A stretch of 41,825 nt of DNA from Acetofilamentum sp. (GTDB lineage: Bacteria > Bacteroidota > Bacteroidia > Bacteroidales > DTU049): the NCBI GenBank assembly GCA_020720525.1, contig DYON01000002.1:1-41825 (forward strand). Direction: 5' to 3'. The notes beneath the pieces are model-generated. The model was given only the letters and a program-made list of their open reading frames with translations. It was not told the origin of the DNA and ran no database searches. A program made the translations under genes and the position numbers. Shown here piece by piece: positions 1 to 7,792 of this stretch. Position 1 is the first letter of the stretch. Each line of letters opens with the position of its first letter.

Positions 1-36
1 AAAAACTTCCGTCGTCGAGCGCGTAAAGAAGCTTAG
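1..36 (+). CDS. 3' end of a gene entering the window (…KNFRRRARKEA*), product unknown
   Basis: Frame 1 is open from base 1 to TAG at 34-36 and converges on the ORF6N gene. Too short to identify. Confidence 0.3.
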   Translation, partial: KNFRRRARKEA

Positions 37-72
37 GTGTTTTGCGAGGATGAAGCATTTGAAAACTATTAA

Positions 73-579
73 TTATTTATCTGTTTTATATCCAATTGCT
101 TTCCTTGGTTCATTTGTTTTTTGGTGTAATGCATCGAGCTTATCTAGCAAAAACCTAAACGCTTGATTGAGTTTAGCATCGAGTTGTTGAATTTCTTTTT
201 TCAAATCCTCGCTTTCCCTTAAAAAGGATCTGTATCGTGAAAATGCACGCATAATTTCAATATTGACCCTAATTGCTTTTTCCGATCGCAAAACAGATGA
301 AAGCATTGCAACTCCTTGTTCTGTAAAAACAAGCGGATTTACAGAAGAATGCTTCAACATTTTTAACCGGTCACAATTTGTGACCAGTTCATCTTTCTCT
401 TCCTTAGATAGTTCAAACATAAAATCTTCTGGAAAACGCTCAATATTGCGTTTAACCTGCTGCTTCAAGACTTTGGTTAAAACACCATACAAATCGGCCA
501 AATCGGCATCAATCATTACTTTGAATCCTCTGATTTGAAAAATAAGTGTTTCATATTCAGGTTTAATCAAGCTGTTCAT
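73..579 (-). CDS. ORF6N (KilA-N-like) DNA-binding domain protein
   Basis: IRGxKVMIDADLAxLYGVxTKxLxQxVKRNIERFPEDFMFEL…FTEQGVAMLSSVLRSEKAIxVNIEIMRAF signature, a coiled-coil tail and a C-terminal PRKAIGY. Confidence 0.9.
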   Translation of the reverse strand: MNSLIKPEYETLIFQIRGFKVMIDADLADLYGVLTKVLKQQVKRNIERFPEDFMFELSKEEKDELVTNCDRLKMLKHSSVNPLVFTEQGVAMLSSVLRSEKAIRVNIEIMRAFSRYRSFLRESEDLKKEIQQLDAKLNQAFRFLLDKLDALHQKTNEPRKAIGYKTDK

Positions 580-666
580 AAGAGTGCGTTTGCTTAAAAC
601 ATTAATTCTCTCCGAATCACTTTCTGCAATTCAAGTCATAAAACTGTTCAACTACACAGAAAAAGC

Positions 667-1272
667 CTATTTAGCATCTGGCTTATAAAACATCTCGAGT
701 AGCTTGTGCATATATTTGCCAAGCACGTCGAATTCGATGTTTACAATGGTTCCAGCTTCAAAATTGTGAAAATTGGTGTGTTCTTGAGTATAAGGAATAA
801 TGGCTACCGAAAACTGACCTGGCTCGTTGTCAACCACAGTGAGGCTAACACCATTTACACAAATTGAACCTTTGGTTACGGTGAAATTGTTCAAGCTCAC
901 ATCGTATTCGAACCAGTATTTCCAACTACCATCGAACTCCTCCACCTTGAGGCAGGTGGCAGTCTGATCGACATGTCCTTGTACAATATGTCCGTCGAAG
1001 CGACCATCGGCTTTCATACTGCGTTCCAAATTCACTTGATAGCCTTCTTTCCAGTTGCGCAAACAGGTTTTATTCAATGTTTCGTCGATGGCGGTTACCA
1101 CATATTTTTTCTTTTTCACTTTCACAACCGTAAGGCAAACTCCGTCGTGGCTCATGCTTTGATCGACTTTAAGTTTTTTTGCCAAAGGCGATTTCACCGT
1201 GAAATGAATATTGCTTCCTTCACGGGTTATTTCTACAATTTCGCCCATTTCTTCAACTATTCCACTAAACAT
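667..1272 (-). CDS. ribE: Riboflavin synthase (alpha chain)
   Basis: N-terminal MFSGIVEE, two lumazine-binding repeats (DGVCLTV, NGVSLTV), VNLERS and GHIVQGHVD. Confidence 0.96.
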   Translation of the reverse strand: MFSGIVEEMGEIVEITREGSNIHFTVKSPLAKKLKVDQSMSHDGVCLTVVKVKKKKYVVTAIDETLNKTCLRNWKEGYQVNLERSMKADGRFDGHIVQGHVDQTATCLKVEEFDGSWKYWFEYDVSLNNFTVTKGSICVNGVSLTVVDNEPGQFSVAIIPYTQEHTNFHNFEAGTIVNIEFDVLGKYMHKLLEMFYKPDAK

Positions 1273-1288
1273 ATTTTTGGTTTTTAAG

Positions 1289-2683
1289 TTATTTCTTCAT
1301 TGCTTCTTCCACTTCGGCAACGGTAATGGGGAGGCGTTTTCCAATAAAACGACCACCTGTTTCGGTAACCAAAATATCGTCTTCGAGGCGAATACCGCCA
1401 AAACCGCGATATTTTTCCACTTCGGCATAGTTGATAAATGATTCAAATTTCTTCTCGGCTTTCCACTGGTCAATCAAAGCTGGGATGAAATAGATTCCGG
1501 GTTCGTCGGTCATTACAAAACCTGGTTGCAAGCGGCGACCCATCCGAAGATATGCTGTGCCAAACTGATCGATGCGCTGAACTTCGTCGTCGTAGCCAAC
1601 CAGATTTTCGCCCAAGTCTTCCATATCGTGCACATCGAGGCCCATCATGTGTCCTAAACCGTGTGGAAAGAACATTGCGTGAGCACCGGCAGCAACAGCT
1701 TCGTCAACATTACCTTTCATAAGGCCAAGACCAGTCAAACCAGCAGCAATTACTTTTGCCGATTCGAGATGAATACTCTGGTAAGTAACGCCAGGTTTAA
1801 CAAGTTCAAGCGCACGGTTATTTGCGTCAACCACAATTTGATAAACAGCTTTTTGAATGGGCGAAAACTTTCCGCTTACAGGCATGGTTCGAGTATAATC
1901 GGAAGCATAATACATATTGCTTTGTGCTCCGGCATCGCTAAGCAGCAAATCGCCATCTTTCATGGTATTGCCATGGTAGTGGTTGTGAAGTGTTTCGCCA
2001 CGAACCGACAAAATAATTGGAAACGACGGGCCTTTTCCGCCCGACATGGCTATTCCTTCCATAATTCCACAAATTTCCTGCTCTACAACACCGTGGCGAG
2101 CCATTCTAAAAGCCGCCATGTGCATATCGTAGCCAATTTTAGCTGCTTTTTCGAGTTCGACAATTTCGAATTCATCTTTTACCGCACGTAAAGCAATAAC
2201 AGCTTTTGTAAGAGCAATACTCGCGCTGGTTTTCAAATCTCCAAAAGGAATGTGAAGCCACTCTTGAAGCATCATTTTATTGGCAGAACGATATGGAGGC
2301 AAATAGTGAATTGTTTTTTTCTGCTCTTTGGCTTTTTCGATATATGCTGCCAATTTTGCAAAAGGAAGTGTTTCGCTTATTCCAGCTTTTGCAGCTAATT
2401 CTTTCATCGAAGGTTGAGGTCCCATCCAAATAATGTCTTCGATATCTACATCGTTACCAAAAACTATTTGTTCACCTTCGTCGAAGTCGATAATTGCAGC
2501 CAATCCGGGAATATCGAGACCAAAGAAGTACAAAAAACTACTGTCTTGGCGAAAATGATATCCGTTGGCGGGATAATTCATTGGTGTTTCGGTATTGCCC
2601 ATAAAAATTGCAATTCCCGACATCTCGTTTTTCATCAATCGTTTGCGGCGACCAATGTACACGTTTTTATCAAAAAGCTCCAT
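1289..2683 (-). CDS. pepP: Xaa-Pro aminopeptidase (M24B, aminopeptidase P)
   Basis: AMP_N domain (FRQDSSFLYFFGL) and metal motifs DAG…SDYTRT, HGLGHMMGLDVHD, TDEPGIYF, GGIRLEDD. ATG at 2683 is preferred to TTG at 2692. Confidence 0.92.
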   Translation of the reverse strand: MELFDKNVYIGRRKRLMKNEMSGIAIFMGNTETPMNYPANGYHFRQDSSFLYFFGLDIPGLAAIIDFDEGEQIVFGNDVDIEDIIWMGPQPSMKELAAKAGISETLPFAKLAAYIEKAKEQKKTIHYLPPYRSANKMMLQEWLHIPFGDLKTSASIALTKAVIALRAVKDEFEIVELEKAAKIGYDMHMAAFRMARHGVVEQEICGIMEGIAMSGGKGPSFPIILSVRGETLHNHYHGNTMKDGDLLLSDAGAQSNMYYASDYTRTMPVSGKFSPIQKAVYQIVVDANNRALELVKPGVTYQSIHLESAKVIAAGLTGLGLMKGNVDEAVAAGAHAMFFPHGLGHMMGLDVHDMEDLGENLVGYDDEVQRIDQFGTAYLRMGRRLQPGFVMTDEPGIYFIPALIDQWKAEKKFESFINYAEVEKYRGFGGIRLEDDILVTETGGRFIGKRLPITVAEVEEAMKK

Positions 2684-2720
2684 ATTGTTCAATTTTTAAA
2701 GAAAACTTGATTTGTTTCCC

Positions 2721-2728
2721 CAAAAGTA
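2721..2728 (-). promoter_or_regulatory. Bacteroidota -7 promoter box TACTTTTG for pepP-ribE
   Basis: Exact TAnnTTTG match upstream of the pepP start in an AT-rich divergent intergenic region. Confidence 0.55.
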
Positions 2729-2869
2729 ATAATTTTGTTTGAATTAGAGTCGTACAACTCAGGCATATTTTCACGAAATTTTACCCCAAACAAAAGGGCA
2801 ATTATATTCAGTTCAGTCAATTATTATTCAATTTGAAAAGAATTTGACCGCTATTTCAATCGAAACTTG

Positions 2870-2877
2870 TACTTTCG
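2870..2877 (+). promoter_or_regulatory. -7 box variant TACTTTCG for pepT
   Basis: TAnnTTCG variant 23 nt upstream of the ATG. Confidence 0.45.
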
Positions 2878-2900
2878 TGCAAGATTAAAATACTGCGATC

Positions 2901-4130
2901 ATGAAACAGATTCTAATTGACCGTTTTTTGCGTTATGTGGCCGTTGATACACAAAGCGACCCCGAAAGTGAGTCTTTCCCAAGCACCAGCAAACAATTGG
3001 TTTTGGCAAATATGCTTGTTGATGAATTGAAACAAATTGGACTCGACGAAGTCGATATCGATCAATATGGCTATGTGATGGCTACAATTTCTTCCAATTT
3101 AGATAGAGAAGTACCTGTTGTTGGCTTTATTGCTCATATAGATACAGCTACCGAGCTTCCGGGCCATGGCATTAAACCTCAGCAAATAGAAAACTACAAC
3201 GGAAAAGACATTGTTCTGAATGCCGAAAAAAATATTTTGCTTAGTCCAACCGATTTTCCCGACTTACTTCGCTATGTAGGGCAAACCATCATTTGTACCG
3301 ATGGAACCACCTTGCTGGGTGCCGACGACAAAGCTGGAATTGCCGAAATAATGACTGCTGCCGAATATTTGATTAAAAATCCGGTGATTAAGCATGGAAA
3401 AATACGCATTGGCTTTACTCCCGACGAAGAAATTGGAAAAGGTGTCGATTTTTTTGATGTTAAAAAATTTGGTGCCAATTTCGCTTACACCCTCGATGGA
3501 AGCGGACCAGGCGAATTGGAATACGAAAACTTCAATGCAGCATCGGCCAAAGTGAAAATAAAAGGCAACAACATACATCCAGGCTATGCCAAAGGCAAAA
3601 TGTTGAATGCTGGCCAGCTTGCAGCCGAATTTATGGGAATGTTGCCCATCAACGAGCGTCCTGAATTTACCGACCATTACGAAGGCTTTTTTCACCTGCT
3701 TGCTATCAATGCAACCGTCGAAGATGCCGAACTCAATTACATTATACGCGACCACAGTCGTTCCATTTTCGAACATCGCAAAGAACAAATAGTGCAGGTT
3801 GCAGCATTTTTGAATCAGAAATACAGTCGCGAAGTGTTTTCTGTAGAGCTAAAAGATCAGTACTACAACATGCGCGAACAAATTGAACCCGTTTTTCACA
3901 TTGTTGAAACGGCAAAACAAGCTATGGTAAACGTGGGCATCAAACCCGATGTAAAACCTATTCGTGGTGGCACCGACGGAAGTCGATTGAGCTACATGGG
4001 TCTTCCCTGCCCCAACCTGTTTGCTGGGGGACACAATTTTCATGGAAAACATGAATTTATTGCTGCCGAAAGCATGGTGAAAGCTGTTGAAACGGTTCTA
4101 AATATTGTGGCTATCATTTCGTCGAAGTAG
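2901..4130 (+). CDS. pepT: Peptidase T (tripeptide aminopeptidase, M20B)
   Basis: RFLRYVAVDTQS, AHIDT, LLGADDKAG, FTPDEEIGKG, AYTLDG, PIRGGTDG, GHNFHG. Confidence 0.96.
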   Translation: MKQILIDRFLRYVAVDTQSDPESESFPSTSKQLVLANMLVDELKQIGLDEVDIDQYGYVMATISSNLDREVPVVGFIAHIDTATELPGHGIKPQQIENYNGKDIVLNAEKNILLSPTDFPDLLRYVGQTIICTDGTTLLGADDKAGIAEIMTAAEYLIKNPVIKHGKIRIGFTPDEEIGKGVDFFDVKKFGANFAYTLDGSGPGELEYENFNAASAKVKIKGNNIHPGYAKGKMLNAGQLAAEFMGMLPINERPEFTDHYEGFFHLLAINATVEDAELNYIIRDHSRSIFEHRKEQIVQVAAFLNQKYSREVFSVELKDQYYNMREQIEPVFHIVETAKQAMVNVGIKPDVKPIRGGTDGSRLSYMGLPCPNLFAGGHNFHGKHEFIAAESMVKAVETVLNIVAIISSK

Positions 4131-4177
4131 GTTTTTCCGTTCTTCGTTTCGCAACAAATCACTTTTAGTAAACTTCT

Positions 4178-5467
4178 ATGGGTTTTACCAAAACACTGCG
4201 CTCTTTTCCACGCAATTTCTACACAGTTATTGTAATGGAATTTTTCGAGCGGGGATCGTACTATGGCGTTATGTCGGTACTCTCCGTTTATTTGGCCATG
4301 AGTACCTCCGAAGGTGGACTTGGTTTTAGCAAAGAGGGTATTGGCGCAATAAAAAGCACCATCACTCCCCTGCTCTATTTTTTGCCTATTCTAGCTGGTG
4401 CTATTGCCGATCGTTACGGATACAAAAAAGTTCTCTCCTTGGCATTTGTTCTCATGAGCTCGGGCTATGCTTTCACTGGTATGGTTACTTCGTACACATC
4501 TGTGTTTCTCTGTTTGCTACTAATGGCTACGGGTGCTGGATTGTTCAAACCACTCATTTCGGGAACTATTGCCCGCGTAACCGACGAAAAAACATCTTCA
4601 CTCGGCTTCGGAATTTACTATTGGTCAATTAATTTAGGCGCATTTATATTCCCACTGTTTCTCATACCGTGGTTGAAAGGAATTGGTTGGAACTATATTT
4701 TCATCATGGCCGCAGTTGGAACAGGTTGGCTGTTTATTTTCAATTTGCTTGCCTTCAAAGAACCACCACGGCCCAAAAGCACCAAAACCATTGTTCAAAC
4801 TTTGTCCGAAATGGTTCTTGTACTAAAAAACATTCGCTTCATTTCTCTAATAGTCATTTATTCGCTGTTTTGGGTACTCTATTTCCAAATGTACGATACG
4901 GTGTTGTGGTATGTAACCGAACACATGAATATGGAGCCTGTAAATGTTGCGGTGAATGGTTTTTTATTAAATTTTATTGAAAATCCAAGCTGGAAATTCG
5001 AAGCTGAACATGTTACGGTTGTAAATGCAGGTGTTATCATCGCATTGCAGTTGGTGGTTTCGGCATTGGTTCGGAAAGCAAAAGCATTACCCACCATGAT
5101 CATCGGAATTGGCTTTGGAACTCTTGGAATGGCAATTCTTGCTATTTCTGCTTCGGCATGGGTTTTCGTTGCTGGAATTATGATTTTTACGGTTGGCGAA
5201 ATGGTTGCTCACCCAAAATTCATTTCATATATCGGACTTATTGCCCCTCCAGACAAAAAGGCGCTTTATTTGGGCTACTCGTTCCTGTATGGCGTTATTG
5301 GAAGCGGTGTTGGCGGAATTTTAGGCGCAACATTGTATGTGCATTTTATCGAAAACAACAACAATCCTTCCGCTTTATGGCTTTCGTTTAGTGCCATTGG
5401 AGTTGTTTCGATGATTGGTTTGCTTATCTACAATCGCCTGTTTGGCAAAAAAGGAGCTTCTGTTTAA
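4178..5467 (+). CDS. MFS transporter, POT/PTR-like peptide:H+ symporter
   Basis: ExxER motif (EFFERGSYYG) in TM1, GAIADRYG loop, about 12 hydrophobic helices, directly downstream of pepT. Confidence 0.85.
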   Translation: MGFTKTLRSFPRNFYTVIVMEFFERGSYYGVMSVLSVYLAMSTSEGGLGFSKEGIGAIKSTITPLLYFLPILAGAIADRYGYKKVLSLAFVLMSSGYAFTGMVTSYTSVFLCLLLMATGAGLFKPLISGTIARVTDEKTSSLGFGIYYWSINLGAFIFPLFLIPWLKGIGWNYIFIMAAVGTGWLFIFNLLAFKEPPRPKSTKTIVQTLSEMVLVLKNIRFISLIVIYSLFWVLYFQMYDTVLWYVTEHMNMEPVNVAVNGFLLNFIENPSWKFEAEHVTVVNAGVIIALQLVVSALVRKAKALPTMIIGIGFGTLGMAILAISASAWVFVAGIMIFTVGEMVAHPKFISYIGLIAPPDKKALYLGYSFLYGVIGSGVGGILGATLYVHFIENNNNPSALWLSFSAIGVVSMIGLLIYNRLFGKKGASV

Positions 5468-5492
5468 GGTAAATTAATGACATTTTCTTTCA

Positions 5493-5559
5493 ATACACGA
5501 TTTATCGAATCTCTACAACGTCTTCTCCTTATATAAGACGCAATGAATTGCATCTCTGC
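5493..5559. repeat. Two degenerate REP-like palindromes (AGACGC…GCGTCTCTAC type)
   Basis: ATACACGATTTATCGAATCTCTAC (5493-5516) and AAGACGCAATGAATTGCATCTCTGC (5535-5559) are imperfect palindromes ending in CTCTAC/CTCTGC. Confidence 0.5.
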
Positions 5560-5702
5560 AAATACTCCTTGCCTTTTAATTCTTTGCCAATTTGAAACAT
5601 TTGATACACCGAAGAAAAGTCAGATGATTCATAAATTGGTAAATACCGACAGAATTATTAGGGCTCAAAGCAATTCTCGGCGGCATTACTCCATCTACCA
5701 AT

Positions 5703-5752
5703 CGTTGCAATGCAACGCCTCTACAATTGTCCTCTTTTTCATAAGACGCAAC
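5703..5752. repeat. Third REP-like palindrome plus a truncated fourth copy
   Basis: CGTTGCAATGCAACGCCTCTAC (5703-5724), then ATAAGACGCAA. The CTCTACAA…ATAAGACGCAA block repeats 5511-5543. Confidence 0.5.
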
Positions 5753-5874
5753 GGCTGAGGCTATATGCAGTAAGGATTGCGGGTAATTTCCTATCAGTTT
5801 ACACAAAAAGTTAAAGCGGACTTCTGACCTTCGCATACCACTAAAACCCTTATGGCATTTACACTTTGTTGAAC
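5746..5874. repeat. Solitary attC-like long imperfect inverted repeat (Bacteroidota dispersed cassette-type hairpin)
   Basis: Ends are ACGCAAC and GTTGAAC (GTTRRRY). The arm TATATGCAGTAAGG matches the reverse complement of CCTTATGGCATTTA at 11/14 positions. Confidence 0.45.
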
Positions 5875-5903
5875 TAAATCCGCTTTTAGCGGATGGCTTC
5901 TTG

Positions 5904-5911
5904 CAAAGATA
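5904..5911 (-). promoter_or_regulatory. Orphan -7 box TATCTTTG on the minus strand
   Basis: Exact TAnnTTTG match with no credible downstream CDS. It is followed by the hairpin ATCCGCT-N3-AGCGGAT (5878-5894). Confidence 0.35.
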
Positions 5912-6173
5912 CTGAAGTTTTTGCGTATGAGTGATTTTAACCTTTTAAATTTTACACTTATGAGGCAAAAAAACTTCTCCAACTATCGTTGAACGAGCTA
6001 TTTCAGCCACAAAACTCGCCCAAAAACCACCAAATCCTGTCGTAAAACACATAGAAAACATGACTTTCCCATACCGAGCGTTGTCTTAGTGTTTTATTGC
6101 AGAGACAGTGGGTGGTTCAGTGTTTCTGCATCTAATAAACATTCATGTAACTTAACAGGACAGTGCTTTGAAA

Positions 6174-6199
6174 CTTGGCTGCCGACAGGCAGGTCGGCA
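6174..6199. repeat. Short GC-rich palindromic repeat (degenerate CCTGCCTGCCGGCAGGCAGG type)
   Basis: CTTGGCTGCCGACAGGCAGG matches the 20-bp palindrome at 17/20. It overlaps the hairpin TGCCGAC-AGGCAG-GTCGGCA. Confidence 0.45.
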
Positions 6200-6309
6200 A
6201 CAAAAACATACCGCCAATCCAGTTTAAGTATTGCCAGTCATTCTGGATGAAAATCAAACAATTACGGAAGTCGAATTTTATTTTTCGTCGCTATTTCTTT
6301 AGTTTTGAT

Positions 6310-6317
6310 TATTTTTG
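6310..6317 (+). promoter_or_regulatory. -7 box TATTTTTG for the malic enzyme-ruvA-sprA operon
   Basis: Exact TAnnTTTG match 20 nt upstream of ATG 6338, followed by an A-rich leader. Confidence 0.6.
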
Positions 6318-6337
6318 CTCACTAAAACAAAAAAATT

Positions 6338-7789
6338 ATGGATTCATCAATGCTCAAATTGGAAAATCTCGACTCTTTGTTCCCAAAAGAATTTACCCCT
6401 GAGCAAATGGCCAAAGCAAAAACAATTTTCTTAAAGAAATTGGCCGAAACAGCTCACCGTCACTATGGAGGTAAAATACAAACCGTGCCCAAAGCACCAG
6501 TACCTGGCTTCAACTGGTTCAACGTTTGGTACACACCAGGTGTTTCGAAAGTATCGACCGACATCCGCGACAACAACGATGCTTCGTTCGAATTGTCGAA
6601 TCGCGGCAATTTAGTAGCTGTTATTAGCGATAGCACCCGAGTGCTTGGCGATGGCGACGTAACCCCTTCGGGTGGTTTGGGAGTAATGGAAGGTAAAGCT
6701 TTCCTCATGAAATATTTAGGCGGCGTTGACGGAGTTGCACTTTGTATTGATAGCCGTGGAAAAGACGGAAAAAACGACCCCGACAAAATTATTGAATTCG
6801 TGAAAATGGTTCAGCACAGCTTTGGAGCCATCAACCTCGAAGACATAAGCCAACCCAATTGCTTTAAAGTTCTCGACGTTTTGCGCGAAGAATGCGACAT
6901 TCCTGTTTGGCACGACGATGCACAGGGTACAGCCAGTGTAACTTTGGCTGGCGTTATAAATGCTTTGAAACTTGCTGGCAAAAAAATGAACGAAGCCAAA
7001 TTTGTGCTTTTTGGCGCAGGCGCTTCCAACACTACTATTGCTCGCCTTCTCATTACAGATGGCGTTAACCCAGCAAACGTAATTATTTTCGACAGCAAAG
7101 GATCGCTCAACAAGAACCGCAGCGATATTGAAGCCGATAAACGCTTCTACCGAAAGTGGGAATTATGCGAATCGACCAACCCTGGCTGCCTCAACACCAT
7201 GGAAGAAGCCATGAAGGGTGCCGATGTTCTCATTTCACTTTCCACTCCGGGCCCCGACACCATCAAGCCCGAATGGATTCGTGTAATGGCCGAAAAATCG
7301 ATTGTATTCACCTGTGCCAATCCAGTTCCCGAAATTTATCCTTATGCAGCCAAAGAAGCTGGAGCGTTTATTGTTGCAACCGGTCGTGGCGATTTTCCCA
7401 ACCAAGTAAACAACTCCATTGGTTTCCCCGGAATTTTAAAAGGTGCTTTGATGGTTCGCGCTAAAAAAATTACAGACAATATGGCCATTGCGGCTGCACA
7501 TTCGCTTGCCGATTATGCCGAAAAACGAGGAATCAATCCCGAAAACATTGTGCCTACCATGGACGAAGCCAATGTGTTTCCGTACGAAGCTGCCGATGTG
7601 GCAATGCAAGCCATTAAAGATGGAGTTGCACGCCACATTATCACCCGCGACGAAGCCTACGAATGGGCAAAAAAAGACATCAACTATTCGCGCGATTTGG
7701 TGAAATCGATGTACGACAATGGTTTCATTGGCGCTCCTCCCGCCGAAATGATTGAAGAAGCCCTGCAATTTGCCATTAAGCAAGTTTAG
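6338..7789 (+). CDS. NAD(P)-dependent malic enzyme, short form with no PTA domain
   Basis: YTPGVS, NLVAVISDSTRVLGDGD, VMEGKA, INLEDI, WHDDAQGT, Rossmann GAGAS, ANPVPEI, ATGRGDFPNQVNN. Confidence 0.93.
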   Translation: MDSSMLKLENLDSLFPKEFTPEQMAKAKTIFLKKLAETAHRHYGGKIQTVPKAPVPGFNWFNVWYTPGVSKVSTDIRDNNDASFELSNRGNLVAVISDSTRVLGDGDVTPSGGLGVMEGKAFLMKYLGGVDGVALCIDSRGKDGKNDPDKIIEFVKMVQHSFGAINLEDISQPNCFKVLDVLREECDIPVWHDDAQGTASVTLAGVINALKLAGKKMNEAKFVLFGAGASNTTIARLLITDGVNPANVIIFDSKGSLNKNRSDIEADKRFYRKWELCESTNPGCLNTMEEAMKGADVLISLSTPGPDTIKPEWIRVMAEKSIVFTCANPVPEIYPYAAKEAGAFIVATGRGDFPNQVNNSIGFPGILKGALMVRAKKITDNMAIAAAHSLADYAEKRGINPENIVPTMDEANVFPYEAADVAMQAIKDGVARHIITRDEAYEWAKKDINYSRDLVKSMYDNGFIGAPPAEMIEEALQFAIKQV

Positions 7790-7792
7790 TGT

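Noticed and set aside
5493-5760. CRISPR array
   Set aside because: The repeats are few, degenerate and irregularly spaced, and no cas genes are present.
5543-5982. Short ORFs (71, 86 and 62 aa) in the large intergenic gap
   Set aside because: They run across palindromic repeats, have no recognisable domain and do not resemble transposase fragments.
6055-6115. Cobalamin-riboswitch-like words on the minus strand (CCACTG…GGGAA)
   Set aside because: The rest of the conserved B12 core is missing, and there is no downstream cobalamin-related gene.
5682-6235. Possible MITE bounded by GGCATTACT … AGTATTGCC
   Set aside because: Only an 8/9-bp inverted match, with no target-site duplication. It could be chance.
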